Shown in pieces: positions 11,772 to 25,261 of a stretch of DNA of 64,000 nucleotides. How positions within the stretch are numbered: the first letter of the stretch is position 1; the number at the start of each line of letters is the position of its first letter. The DNA is from Octopus sinensis (Eukaryota): positions 66,774,001 to 66,838,000 of the forward strand of contig NC_043003.1 in the NCBI RefSeq assembly GCF_006345805.1, written 5' to 3'. Below the pieces are notes generated by a model. It was not told where the DNA came from. It did not search any database and saw only the letters and a list, made by a program, of their open reading frames with translations. The position numbers and the translations under genes are program-made.

Positions 11772-13036
11772 GGGGTCCCAAAAGATGTATACACACTTTA
11801 AATAACTGAATAATTGTAAAGCAGGTGTTTATTAAAATACATTTTAGTTTCAAAATTTAATAGAATCTACAGACATTATTTTTTTCTTTTGTCAACGTCT
11901 GTTTTCAAACTGACGTCCGTTCTGGTCCAGGCACTTCTGACAACGTGAAGCAGTCGAATTGCAAACATCACGAAATAATTCGTATAGTATTTGTGTGCAT
12001 TCTCGTTCAATGGCTGCTCTCAAATCAGCGATTATTGCAGATTTCATAGCGTAGACTTTGGCTTTCGGGTATCCCCATAAAAAAAGTCTAGTGGTGTGAG
12101 GTCTGATGAACGCAGAGGGTATTCAGCGAATCACCTTCGTTCAATCCATCTGTTTGACGAGATCTCATCAAGGAAGGATCTAACATCGCGATGGTATTGT
12201 GGGGGTGTCCCATCTTGCTGAAAATAAAAATCTTCACCTCCGAAGTCTTCTCTAATGTTTAGCATGATAGACTGTTGCAGCAAGTTCGAATAAACGGGAC
12301 CAGTCACTGTAGCATCAAAAACGAATGGTCCAATTAATCCTATTGATGATAAGCCACACCACACTGTAACTCCTGGTAAATTAACATGGTGTTCCATGGT
12401 AAATTAACATGCGAATTCTCAGGTCCTCAGTAGGTGCAATTGAGGCGGTTAATTGAACCATTTAACTTCAATGTGTCCTCATCCCTTCACATAATCTTTG
12501 TTGGAAAGTGTGCATCTTCTACACATCATGCCAAGTACCATTCGCAATATTGCACTCTTTCGGTCATTAATAGCATGGACTAATCTTGGAACGTAACTTT
12601 TCTATCGACAACGCTTCAAAATACGTTGGACAGACGATTTTGGAATACCTACCTCACGACTCGCTAGCCGCACAGATTTTCTTGGACTTTGGTGATACGT
12701 TTCCAGCACTCCTTGCTTCGTTGGGATTGCTAATGTTTGTGGTCTTCCGGAAACGCTTCTCGTGGACATTCTGAGCAGTTCCATCAGCTTCAAGCTTATC
12801 ACTAATTCGAGTTATGGTGAGTCGCATTGGTGGATCTGTTTGAAACTCCGTCCTAAAGTGCCTTTGCACGTCAACTGCGTGTTCACACTTCCAGTAGCAT
12901 TTTAGAATGAATTTCCTTTGTTCAAAGCTTAGCGTCTGACTGCCATCATTATTTCCAGTCGGTTTAATCTAGAATGAAAAAAACATCAATTGAATTATCA
13001 GATGCCAATATGTGTACACATTTTTTGGACACCCTG
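11770..13036 (-). mobile_element. Full-length but decayed Tc1/mariner-superfamily transposon
   Basis: TIRs CAGGGGTCCCAAAAGATGTATACAC and (reverse complement) CAGGGTGTCCAAAAAATGTGTACAC, in TA-rich flanks. Frameshifted transposase peptides: [28 protein letters not shown] and catalytic [16 protein letters not shown]...[12 protein letters not shown]...RW. Confidence 0.9.
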
Positions 13037-13045
13037 TATATATAT

Positions 13046-13086
<41 letters not shown>

Positions 13087-13229
13087 AGGAAGGACACACT
13101 GGATAATACTGAAGTGCTTCAGGCTGAAATATCAAAATATCCACCCCTAGTCCTAAAGGCTACTAAAATAATTGGTATTCCGAAACTTTCTTGAATTTAA
13201 TGGAATAGCCATATATACGACCAATTAAT

Positions 13230-13295
13230 GCTAAAAACAACCAGCAATCACAATCACCACCACCACCACTACAACTACTACTCCTACAGCTTCTG

Positions 13296-13341
<46 letters not shown>

Positions 13342-13342
13342 A

Positions 13343-13384
<42 letters not shown>

Positions 13385-13580
13385 GCATCTGCTGCTGCTG
13401 CCACTACTACTATTATCGCCATAACACCACGAGCACAAATACTACAATTGCTAATACTGCTACTGCTGCTGCTGCTAAAAAAGTTGTAAAAGTAGTAGTA
13501 AAACTAGTTGTATTAATAGTGGTATTAAAAATAGTAGTAGTAGTAGCACAGTGGTTGCAGTAAAAGGAATCGTCGTATTC

Positions 13581-13672
<92 letters not shown>

Positions 13673-13704
13673 AATATTATTATTTTATTTTTACTATTAT
13701 TATT
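13230..13704. repeat. (CTA)n and (TTA)n microsatellites
   Basis: Direct inspection. Confidence 0.95.
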
Positions 13705-14164
13705 GAGTGAGAGTGCATGCCATCAAAGTGACACTGGGGTAAAATATACGAAGCCCAATATACCCATCATGACTACCCGTCTGATAAAGGTACACCAGGC
13801 ACATGCATCACAACCATATGTGCGCGACATGGTGATCTCATATCAAGATAAACAGCACATGACCTTGCAGGTGGGGCCCAGTTAGAATTTTCTTCAGGTT
13901 GAGTAGCCCATCCCGCTCAAAAGGTCCCTGAATAAGGGTTGTTTAAGGATGTTGAAAGAACCACCCATGTTTCCAGAGGTGAATTATTCAAACCCCAAAG
14001 AATCCCTCTCAACACATGGCTATGATGCTCCCCCACTACTTCTGCTCGTGATCAGAGATGCACATATCGTCAGCCACTAAGGGACATGCTCAACTGGTTA
14101 AGGTCAAACAACTGACAAGCAAATCTGTGGTATTGAGCAGAATATTTGCTGTAGCCCATCTTTT
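13705..14164 (-). mobile_element. 5'-truncated copy of a ~550-nt TAA-associated non-coding retroelement (element E)
   Basis: Reverse complement of 27335-27796. Ends in CTCACTC followed by (AAT)n. Confidence 0.85.
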
Positions 14165-14974
14165 ATGGTATTGAGCAGAATATTTGCTGTAGTGGTATTG
14201 AGCAGAATATTTGCTGTAGTGGTATTGAGCAGAATATTTGCTGTAGTTATATTGAGCAGAATATTTGCTGTAGTGGTATTAGGCAGAATATTTGCTGTAG
14301 TAGTATTGAGCAGAATATTTGCTGTAGTTATATTGAGCAGAATATTTGCTGTAGTGGTATTGAGCAGAATATTTGCTGTAGTGGTATTGAGCAGAATATT
14401 TGCTGTAGTTATATTGAGCAGAATATTTGCTGTAGTGGTATTGAGCAGAATATTTGCTGTTGTTATATTGAGCAGAATATTTGCTGTAGTGGTATTGAGC
14501 AGAATATTTGCTGTAGTGGTATTGAGCAGAATATTTGCTGTAGTTATATTGAGCAGAATATTTGCTGTAGTGGTATTGAGCAGAATATTTGCTGTAGTGG
14601 TATTGAGCAGAATATTTGCTGTAGTGGTATTGAGCAGAATATTTGCTGTAGTGGTATTGAGCAGGATATTTGCTGTAGTTATATTGAGCAGAATATTTGC
14701 TGTAGTGGTATTGAGCAGAATATTTGCTGTAGTTATATTGAGCAGAATATTTGCTGTAGTGGTATTGAGCAGAATATTTGCTGTAGTTATATTGAGCAGA
14801 ATATTTTCTGTAGTGGTATTGAGCAGAATATTTGCTGTAGTGGTATTGAGCAGAATATTTGCTGTAGGTATATTGAGCAGAATATTTGCTGTAGTGGTAT
14901 TGAGCAGAATATTTGCTGTAGTTATATTGAGCAGAATATTTGCTGTAGTGGTATTGAGCAGAATATTTGCTGTA
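14165..14974 (+). repeat. 27-bp minisatellite, 30 copies, derived from element E
   Basis: Unit GTGGTATTGAGCAGAATATTTGCTGTA with variant GTTATA. The same sequence occurs once inside element E (about 14126-14152 and, reversed, about 27346-27372). Confidence 0.95.
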
Positions 14975-15057
14975 GTTATTATTATATTATTATTATTATT
15001 ATTATTATTATATTATTATTATTATTATTATTATTTGTAGTATTAGTAGTAGTAGTG

Positions 15058-15113
<56 letters not shown>

Positions 15114-15342
15114 GGTATCCTCCACAGCACCTCATCTGTGTATGTGCGCATGCTCTGTTTTCCTCTTCTAATTAATAGGTTTGCAAAGAGTCTTTTTTTC
15201 CCCCCAATCTCTTTACGTCGTTCTTCGTTTCCATCTATGTTATTCATTTCTTGTTCAAGTAAATAAGATATGTCTATAATGAACCTTGTAGCCATATCTC
15301 TTTTCAGCAACCACTGCCAATAATAACAACACCCATCTCCTT

Positions 15343-15374
<32 letters not shown>

Positions 15375-15479
15375 AAACAACAACAAAAATAACATCAGGA
15401 ACAGCAAAAACCAACAACGGTGAATAAAATATTATTACTACCACCACTATCACCACTATAACCACCTATCTGCCTTTCT

Positions 15480-15498
15480 GTCTGTATATCTATCTATC

Positions 15499-15591
<93 letters not shown>

Positions 15592-15592
15592 G
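15480..15592. repeat. (CTAT)n microsatellite
   Basis: Direct inspection. Confidence 0.95.
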
Positions 15593-15647
15593 ATTGTCTG
15601 TCTGTCTCTCACTCTCTCTGTATATATATATATATATATATATATAC

Positions 15648-15860
15648 ACCCAGTTTCATCCGAGATGTCATCGACTTCCTGTCCCATCTCCATCATCCCA
15701 GCAACACTACCACCAGCATCCCCATAACCACCACCACCACTACCAGCACCATCACCACCACTATCAGAACCATCAATATGAAGTCAAATACCACCAACGC
15801 TATCTATACTCCCATTGGTACCCGTTTCACCCTTTGCTCGTATCCGGAGACATCACACGT
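15648..15860 (+). pseudogene. Heavily decayed PLE reverse-transcriptase relic with ACC expansion (paralog of 22683-22972)
   Basis: PSFIRDVIDFLSHL resembles the recalled PLE (P/K)S(F/Y)IRDxxDFLxxL motif. TINMKSNTTN resembles RT motif A TMDVKSLYTN. Confidence 0.35.
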
Positions 15861-16348
15861 TTCTTCCAAACCCACATTCGACACTTGTCCCCTTTCCTTT
15901 ACGAGTGAGACAACCCTATCAATTTACCCACGCATCCACCCACCTCTCATTTCATCTTGTGACCATAGGATCAACAAGAAGCATATTTCCGTTGGTCTGT
16001 TCTTTGTTACAAAGAAACTTCTCGAAAGTGTCTGGACAGCGTAAGTTTGAAATAGATTCTCAGCGACGCCGTAATTTTATCCAACATATCATTAACATTT
16101 TCAAAAGGAAAAAAAATAAGAAGAAAGAAAATGGTGAGGGAGAAAAAAAACGATAAGGAAAACTTCATCAAACAGGTGCAGGCACGGTTGTGTAGTTGGT
16201 TAAGAAGCGCCTTTCCAAACTGCTTGATTTCGGGTTCAGCTCTACAGCGCGTCTCCCTGGGCGAATGCGTCCTACGATAGTCGTGGGTCGATCAACGCCT
16301 TGTGAATGGATCTAGGAGACAGAAGCTGTATGAAAACCTGTCATAGAG

Positions 16349-16383
<35 letters not shown>

Positions 16384-16972
16384 CACACACGTAGTATTTA
16401 TCTCGTTTCGTTTATTTCTTTTATCTCTTGAAACATGTTTCAGCCATTGGGCTGAAGTCATGCTGGAACACCGCTTCGAAGTGTTTTAATCGAACAGATC
16501 GACCCAAGTCAGGTACTATGTCTATCATCCACTTTCACCGAAGTTATAGGGATATAAGCAAACCAACACCGGTTGTCAAACGATATGGGGATATAGATAC
16601 ACACACGCAAAACACTCTATTATAAACGTAAATGAACATTAGTGCCCCAACATGGACGTAGCTCTCGAACTGGGACTAGTAAGAAGAAAAGAAGTATTTA
16701 CGACAGGCTTCCATATAGTTTCCGTTCACCAAATTTATTCACAAAGCGTAGTCTGCCTAGGATAGTGGTAGAAGACATTTGGCGAAAGTACTACATAGTA
16801 CCACACAGCAAATTGAACCACTCCGCTTGGCCACATAGCCCTACCTGTGCTTGTTGGTCATTAAAATCTCACAGATTTTCCTTGAAGAAAACCTCTTCAA
16901 AGATAGTGCCAGTGACATGTGTGTGTGTGTGCGTGTGCGCGTGTGTAATAAGGGTATAATGAGTGTGTATGA

Positions 16973-17245
16973 GAAGGCGCGTGGTCAAGTTATTAGGGGT
17001 GCTGGACTCATAATCGGAAGATTGTGAATTCGATTCCCTGCGCCCCGTTGTGCCTTTGAGCAAGCCACTATATTTCACATAGCTCCAGATAACTCAGCTG
17101 GCAAAAATGAGTTGTACCTGTATTTCAATGGGCCAACCAGGTCCTATTTTGTGTCATGCTGAATATACTTGGGAACTACGTTAATGGTAGGCTGTTCCGT
17201 TGATTGGATCAACTGAAGCCCACATCATCGTAACTGACGGAAAGA
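16973..17245 (+). mobile_element. tRNA-derived SINE family D
   Basis: Head GAAGGCGCGTGG...GAATTCGATTCCC. Tail CTGTTCCGTTGATTGGATCAACTG...CGTAACTGACGGA matches 22208-22502. Confidence 0.8.
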
Positions 17246-17273
17246 AGGCCATGCGTGTGTGGATGTGTGTGTA

Positions 17274-17280
<7 letters not shown>

Positions 17281-17316
<36 letters not shown>

Positions 17317-18128
17317 GCGCGTGTGTGCACGCGTATGCATGTCATGGTGTCTTTATATCCCCATAACTGGCAATTCGGTAAAAGAAACCGATGGAAGAAA
17401 TTTAAAGTTTAGAATTAATTACTGATGTTGATTTTTTTATTTTTACTGAACCCTTCACTGCGGTGCCCCAGCCTGGCCGCAGTCCAAAGACTGAAACCAG
17501 TAAAAGATAAAAGATAAGAAGTTATTAAAATATGAAACCCTCTCTCGCCCACCACCATTCTTCTCTTCCTTTTAATCACTGGCAGAAGTAACCGAAACCT
17601 TTTGGCAGCCAAGGAATGCGGAATGAAAAATAGGATTTCTGTCAAAATAAATAAATAAATAAATAAATAAATAGATAAATGAAATCAAGTGCAAACTATT
17701 TCCTTTTTCTATCAGGGAGAGTGAAAAAAAAAATGAGGAACTAACTCTTTGATTATTTCTGAAAAATAATGTATTTCCTTCCCCACCACCGCCGGCACCA
17801 TCTTTCAATAGGTTTTCTTCAAGAAAAAAAAGTATTAGTTTCCAATGACCAATAGGCATAGATATGGCTGTGTGGCTAAGCAGAGAGGTTCAATTTGCAG
17901 ACATGTGGCTTCAAGTTCAATCCCATTGTGCGGTACTTTGGCCAAGTGTATCTTGTACTGCAGTCGTAGACCAACAAATGCTTTGTGAGTAAATTTGGTG
18001 AACGGTCAGTATATAATAGACTGTCGTAATACATTTTTTCTTCTTACTAGTTTCAGCTTGAGAGCTACGGCCATGCTGGGGCACTGATGTACATTTATGT
18101 TTATAATAGAGATTTGTATGTGTGTGTG

Positions 18129-18159
<31 letters not shown>

Positions 18160-18990
18160 GTGTGTGCGTGTGCGCGTGTGTGCACGCGTATGCATGTCAT
18201 GGTGTCTTTATATCCCCATAACTGGCAATTCGGTAAAAGAAACCGATGGAAGAAATTTAAAGTTTAGAATTAATTACTGATGTTGATTTTTTTATTTTTA
18301 CTGAACCCTTCACTGCGGTGCCCCAGCCTGGCCGCAGTCCAAAGACTGAAACCAGTAAAAGATAAAAGATAAGAAGTTATTAAAATATGAAACCCTCTCT
18401 CGCCCACCACCATTCTTCTCTTCCTTTTAATCACTGGCAGAAGTAACCGAAACCTTTTGGCAGCCAAGGAATGCGGAATGAAAAATAGGATTTCTGTCAA
18501 AATAAATAAATAAATAAATAAATAAATAGATAAATGAAATCAAGTGCAAACTATTTCCTTTTTCTATCAGGGAGAGTGAAAAAAAAAATGAGGAACTAAC
18601 TCTTTGATTATTTCTGAAAAATAATGTATTTCCTTCCCCACCACCGCCGGCACCATCTTTCAATAGGTTTTCTTCAAGAAAAAAAAGTATTAGTTTCCAA
18701 TGACCAATAGGCATAGATATGGCTGTGTGGCTAAGCAGAGAGGTTCAATTTGCAGACATGTGGCTTCAAGTTCAATCCCATTGTGCGGTACTTTGGCCAA
18801 GTGTATCTTGTACTGCAGTCGTAGACCAACAAATGCTTTGTGAGTAAATTTGGTGAACGGTCAGTATATAATAGACTGTCGTAAATACATTTTTTCTTCT
18901 TACTAGTTTCAGCTTGAGAGCTACGGCCATGCTGGGGCACTGATGTACATTTATGTTTATAATAGAGATTTGTATGTGTGTGTGTGTGTG
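17281..18990. repeat. Near-identical 855-bp tandem duplication
   Basis: ORF-track pairs are offset by exactly 855 (17415/18270, 17572/18427). Outside the TG tracts I see only a 1-nt homopolymer difference. Confidence 0.95.
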
Positions 18991-19234
18991 TGTGTGTGTT
19001 TATCTCCCCATACCGTTTGACAACCGGTATTCGTTTGCTTACATCCCCATAACTTAACAGTTCGCTGAACGAAAATATTAGAAATAGTACCTGACTTGGG
19101 TCGATCTGTTCAATTAAGACACTTCGAAGCCGTGCCCCAGCATGAAACAAATACAATAAACGAAACGAGATAAATACCACAAAGCGTGTGATAAATACCA
19201 CGTGTGTTTGAGCGCGGGTGTGTGTGCGTCTGTG

Positions 19235-19265
<31 letters not shown>

Positions 19266-19557
19266 TTATCTCCCCATACCGTTTGACAACCGGTATTCGT
19301 TTGCTTACATCCCCATAACTTAACAGTTCGCTGAACGAAAATATTAGAAATAGTACCTGACTTGGGTCGATCTGTTCAATTAAGACACTTCGAAGCCGTG
19401 CCCCAGCATGAAACAAATACAATAAACGAAACGAGATAAATACCACAAAGCGTGTGATAAATACCACGTGTGTTTGAGCGCGGGTGTGTGTGCGTCTGTG
19501 TGTGTGCGTGTGTGTGTGTGTGTGTGTTTAATCCCCATACTGTTTGATAACCGGTAT
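18977..19557. repeat. 266-bp tandem duplication plus start of a third copy
   Basis: TTTATCTCCCCATACCGTTTGACAACCGG at 18998 and 19264, diverged partial copy at 19527. Confidence 0.9.
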
Positions 19558-20127
19558 TAACCGGCGAGAATAAATAAAACAATAAAAATAAAGAAATAGG
19601 TATTAACCGGCGAGCTGGCAGAAACGTTAGCATGCCGGGCGAAATGCTTTGCGGTATTTCGTCTGCCGTTACGTTGTGAGTTCAAATTCCGCCGAGGTCG
19701 ACTTTGCCTTTCATCCTTTCGGGGTCGATAAATTAAGTACCAGTTACGCACTGGGGTCGATGTAATCGACTTAATACCTATGTCTGTCCTTCTTTGTCCC
19801 CTCTGTGTTTAGCCCCTCGTGGGTAGTAAAGAAATAGGTATTAACCGGCGAGAATAAATAAAACAATAAAAATAAAGAAATAGGTATTAACCGGCGAGCT
19901 GGCAGAAACGTTAGCATGCCGGGCGAAATGCTTTGCGGTATTTCGTCTGCCGTTACGTTGTGAGTTCAAATTCCGCCGAGGTCGACTTTGTCTTTCATCC
20001 TTTCGGGGTCGATAAATTAAGTACCAGTTACGCACTGGGGTCGATGTAATCGACTTAATACCTATGTCTGTCCTTGTTTGTCCCCTCTATGTTTAGCCCT
20101 TTGTGGGTAATAAAGAAATAGGTATTA
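19552..20127 (+). mobile_element. Two head-to-tail SINE family A copies (284-bp period)
   Basis: Each is preceded by TATTAACCGGCGAGAATAAATAAAACAATAAAAATAAAGAAATAGG. The copies differ by several substitutions. Confidence 0.9.
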
Positions 20128-20129
20128 AT

Positions 20130-20555
20130 CTAGTCTTTTACTCTTTTACTTGTTTCAATCATTTGACTGCGGCCATTCTGGAGTACCGCCTTTAGTCGAG
20201 CAAATCGACATCAGGACTTATTCTTTGTAAGCCTTTGCCGAACAGCTAAGTTACGAGGACGTAAACACACCAGCATTAGTATTACTTAAATTTTCCTCGA
20301 ATGAGGCTTTTACATGCCGAAGACTACTTGGTGTAATTGATAATTATTCCAAATTAATTAATTTCACCCTTCATTATTACGGATATATATATATACATAT
20401 ATACGACGTGCTTCTTTCAGTTTCCGTCTACCAAATCCACTCACAATTCTTTGGTCGGCCTGATGCTACAGTAGAATACACTTGCCCAAGGTGTCACGCA
20501 GTGGGACTGAACCCGGAACCATGTGGTTGGTAAGCAAGCTACTTAACACACAGCT
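20130..20555 (-). mobile_element. SINE family B (interrupted)
   Basis: Tail at 20130-20275 and head at 20405-20555 match family B. Confidence 0.8.
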
Positions 20556-21444
20556 ACTCCTGCGCTTGTGTTTGCTTACATCCCCATAACTTAATAATTC
20601 GGTGAAAGAAAATGATAGAACTAGTACCTGACTTGGGTCGATCTATTCGATTAAGACACTTCGAAGTAGAGCCCCAGCATGGCCGCTGTCCAATAGCTGA
20701 AGCAAACACAAGCGATGGAAGAAATAAACGAAACCAGATAAATACCACAAAGTTCACTGATATTTAATCAAATGTCGTTTATTTCCTTTTTACTTTAAAT
20801 ATGTCTTTTAAGCTGCCAAACTTTATACTTTACGTGAATACTTCATTGTCAGGCTTTCTTGTTAAAAAGTGGAAGGTGTTAAAGTTTTTATTAGAGTATG
20901 CCACAAAAGTCATGAAACTTAGTTATATAGTTTGCATGATGTCACTGATTCGGCAGGGAGCTTGGTGACAGAACGGTAAACTTATATTGCTTTCTTATCA
21001 CTTTAAGTTGTGTATATTTTATCGTTTTAGATTGACGTCTCTGCGTGAAGTCTTTTAAGTTAAAGAAACCTTCTTTTCATACTTTGTAAAGGAACCGATT
21101 CAAAATTCATAGCTTCCAGATGTTGGGGGTACAGGGTGAATGGAGGTCTACCCTAATGGTGCAACTGTACTGTAAACTGTGCAATAATTTATCTTCAGTA
21201 ACGCTTATATATTTTCTGTTTTTCTTTCTCTCTATAGCTTAAATGATATGCTTTAAATAGAACAGACGTTGTGTGACAGAATAATTAAGAATGAACTGAC
21301 TGTAATCTTAGATGGAACGGATACAGAATTTACATAATTCTTTTCTCAAGTTCAAGATACTTTGACTTGCTCTTAACAATAGTTGTTGACATAACAAAAT
21401 ATCCATGTCGGGTGTCCTAGTTTCAAACTGGATCTTCGGCAGTA

Positions 21445-21830
21445 AATATTCTTTTCTACTCTAGGCACAAAGCTCGAAATTTTGGAAGGATGAGTCCAGT
21501 CAATTAGATTGACTGCAGTACGCAACTGGTACTTAATTTATATATAAGGAGGAAAAGCAAAGTTGACCCCGGTGGAATTTGAACTCAGAACGTAAAGACA
21601 GACAAAATAATTCGGCAAAAGTATTATTTTCTGCTCCAGACACGATGCCCGACATTTTTGAGGAAGTAGTCAGGATCCCAGTACGCAACTGTTAATTAAT
21701 TTATCGACCCTGAAAGGATGAAAGGCAAAGTCGATTACATCGGAGTTTGAACTCAGAACGTAAAGGGGTGAAAGAAATGGCACTAAGAATTCTCTCTGGC
21801 TTGCGAATCACTCTGCCAGCTCACCACCTT
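21445..21830 (-). mobile_element. Dimeric SINE family A
   Basis: Two cores ending GGAATTTGAACTCAGAACGTAAAG / GGAGTTTGAACTCAGAACGTAAAG, and one head. Confidence 0.8.
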
Positions 21831-22207
21831 TATAAAATTGGCAGAATATACCATTGGACAAATTTCTTGCGGTTTCATTTCGACAATTTGAGTCTTGAGT
21901 TCAAATAATGCTAATGTACCATTTAATTAATAAAATAAAGGAACAAACCATTCAAGAGCTGTAATCGATTTCACTCGATATTTTTCAGCTGAGGTTAACC
22001 TCTTTAATACCAGTAAATAAAAGTCTGTCAAGAGGTACAAAGCATTGTTAAAAGCAGAAGCTTGCTCTAGCGACAGCAACCTTTTACTCTTGAAACTTTC
22101 CATTTCAAGTTTAAGTTTATCCGAATCTAAAGAATCAATTCACAAGCATAACCGTTCTATGTCGCAGCACTGGAGGGAGGGATGAATAATGAATGAATAA
22201 TAAACTG

Positions 22208-22502
22208 GTTCTCCGTCGGTTACGACAACGAGGGTTCAAGTTGAACCGATCATTAGAATAACCTGCTCAGGAAATTATCATGCAAGTGGCTGAGTACTCC
22301 ACATACATGCGTGCCCTTAATGTAGTCTCAGAATGTGACAAGTCTGCTCCCATTTGAATTACAGGTACAACTCATTTTTGTCATCTGGGTGGACTGGAGC
22401 AATGACAAATAAAATGTCTTGCTCAAGGACAAAACTAACAGCCATGTATCGAACTCACGAACTTGAATCGAATACCCAAACCACTTGGCCAAGCCCCTTC
22501 AC
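22208..22502 (-). mobile_element. SINE family D
   Basis: Matches 16973-17245 in reverse. Confidence 0.8.
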
Positions 22503-22651
22503 AATGAATGAATACTATATTGTTATCGAATACTTTGTAGTCACTTTCTCTCTGTAAGGATTTTCTTGAGCCCTAGGACTCATAAGCCCAGTTACCCTGA
22601 ATCTATCTATCTATCTATCTATCTATCTAACTCTCTCTCTCTCTCTCTCTC

Positions 22652-22682
<31 letters not shown>

Positions 22683-22683
<1 letters not shown>

Positions 22684-22972
22684 CCCAGTTTCTTTCGAGA
22701 TGACATCGACTTCCTGTCCCATCTCCATCTTCCCACCAACACTACCACCACTATCACCATAACAACCACCACCACCATCACCCCTACCACCACCTCTATC
22801 AACACCATCAGAATACCACCTTCATCCCACCTCATCTTCTCCGCGACCGCGACCACGACCACGAACGCCACTACCACCACTGTCACCACCATGATCAGGA
22901 CCATCAATATGAAGTCAAATACCACCAACGCTATCTACACTCCCAATGGTACCCGTTTCACCCTTTGCTCGT
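22683..22972 (+). pseudogene. Decayed PLE RT relic, paralog of 15648-15860
   Basis: PSFFRDDIDFLSHL...TINMKSNTTNAIYTP. A ~75-bp block matches 15770-15842 with 2 mismatches. Confidence 0.35.
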
Positions 22973-23232
22973 TACCCAGTTTCTATGACTTAAACAAGAT
23001 ACCAACATTCCCACTGAACGGATGCCGTTCTGGTACCGGGTTCAAGACCAGCGATCTTGAGATGAGGGATCAAGTCGATCATACCGACCCCAGTAATGGA
23101 CCACGAAGGAATGAAAATCAAAATCGATCGCGGTGAGTTCTGAACTAAGAATATAAAGTATAAGAAGAAATGAAAGAAGCGCTCGTCTTTCAAAGAGTCT
23201 CAATTTCCTATGATGTAGAGACTCAAAACTAG

Positions 23233-23470
23233 TACCTATTTCTTTACTACCCACAAGGGGCTAAACACAGAGAGGACAAACAAGGACAGACAAACGGATT
23301 AAGTCGATTATATCGACCCCAGTGCGTAACTGGTACTTATTTGATCGACCCCGAAAGGATGAAAGGCAAAGTCGACCTCGGCGGAATTTGAACTCAGAAC
23401 GTAGTGGCAGACGAAATACTGCTAAGCATTTCGCCCGGCGTGATAACGTTTCTGCCAGCTCGCTGCCTTA
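23233..23470 (-). mobile_element. SINE family A (young)
   Basis: Near-consensus head, core and tail. Confidence 0.9.
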
Positions 23471-24623
23471 AAGCTAATACCATCTGGCTTGAACATAATG
23501 ACACCAGTTCGTCTTTCAAACCATCTAACTTTCGGATGAAATGTTGTTGAACATTTAGTTCGATTCACCTATGATTCTGCCTGCTCAGTAAAACACTGCA
23601 ATGGGTAAGTTTAAACATGTCAATAATTTTACAGTAATTCAATCCCACTCGGTCCTCGATATTGTATTTTAGTCATTTTATGGTCTCATGTCAAGAAGTC
23701 TGACACGGTTATGGATCATTTCAGGACACCAAATTTGTTTGGAGGGAGTAATACGGAATACATATTTACTTTTGAATGGGACCCATGATTTGTAATTTTA
23801 GAGAGTGGGATTTATCGAGTGTATAAACATTAGAACTTCACGAGTACTTTAGTTTATCGTCCCTGAAGAAATGATGGGTTCTGAACTCAGAAAATGAACA
23901 GCCGGAAGAAATGCTACTACACAGATTGTCCGACGTGCAAACGCGTCTGCCACCTCGCAGCCCTCTCTCTATCAATAACGCATTCCTATTCCTTTTTTTT
24001 TTGCGTTTCTTTAGCTTTCGGATAAACTTAAAGATTTATATTCAAATGACAAGATATTATGATTCTTTTGTGATCGAGAAGGAACAAGCATGTGAAGTAA
24101 ATGGAAAATACCCAAAGAAAGAAAGAAATATGAAAACACGCTTCTATGACAATTTTGACATGTACTGGCAGAATATTCTTCAGAACAAAATACACTTATC
24201 CCAATATTTCTCTCCGCACCTCCCCTGCACTGCCATTTAATTGTATATTGTGCATTATTTATACCATACTGGACTATATGTATGTCTGAAAGAAATTGCA
24301 AAGGGGACATACATACATACATGCATACATACATACATACATACATACATACATACATACATACATACATACAAGCATACATACGTGTATGCATGCATAT
24401 TGACAAGATGCCAAATGTGGTTGCGAACCCGCAGATCACGTATGCCAATCGAATTCTTAACACACTGGCCATTCTATGCATGTTTATATGCATGTATGCA
24501 TATAAGTATACACATACACACGTACGCGGTCACACACTCCCACACACACATACAGTGAGAGATAGACGTATTTGTTATACATTTGCAGTACAAATCCACA
24601 CACACACAAGTATATATACACAC

Positions 24624-24698
<75 letters not shown>

Positions 24699-24844
24699 AA
24701 TCTATCTATATATCTTCCTTCTTTCATTCCTTTCTTGAACAGCCAATAACACTATACTTGTTCCACGTTCTCGCATTGTTGTGTTTTCTTCTAGTGTTTT
24801 CATGTTTAGATTAACTTTATATATATATATATACATATATACAG

Positions 24845-24887
<43 letters not shown>

Positions 24888-25041
24888 TTTATATATATAT
24901 GTACATATATATATATATATATTTAATTATAAATACTTATCTATATATTAAATGTATATATTTACATATATACATGCATATATCTATTTATTATATGTAT
25001 AATATTTATGATATATATATATATATATTCATATATATATT

Positions 25042-25122
<81 letters not shown>

Positions 25123-25216
25123 GGAAAGAAACAGACAGAGAGAGAGAGACAGAGAGAGATTGGTAGATAGGCAGATATAGTTATATTGATGAACGTACAT
25201 GTGTATGTGCATTTGC

Positions 25217-25261
<45 letters not shown>

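Noticed and set aside
14165-14974. CRISPR-like or protein-coding interpretation of the 27-bp array
   Set aside because: There are no unique spacers, the context is eukaryotic, and the unit derives from the adjacent retroelement.
20295-20325. Minimal hammerhead relic (GGC...GCC stem II)
   Set aside because: Both core segments are mutated (CTCGAATGA, GAAGAC) and there is no convincing stem I.
23115-23140. Splice donor CG|GTGAGT ending the 22683 ORF
   Set aside because: It lies inside a decayed family A SINE B-box region, so it is coincidental.
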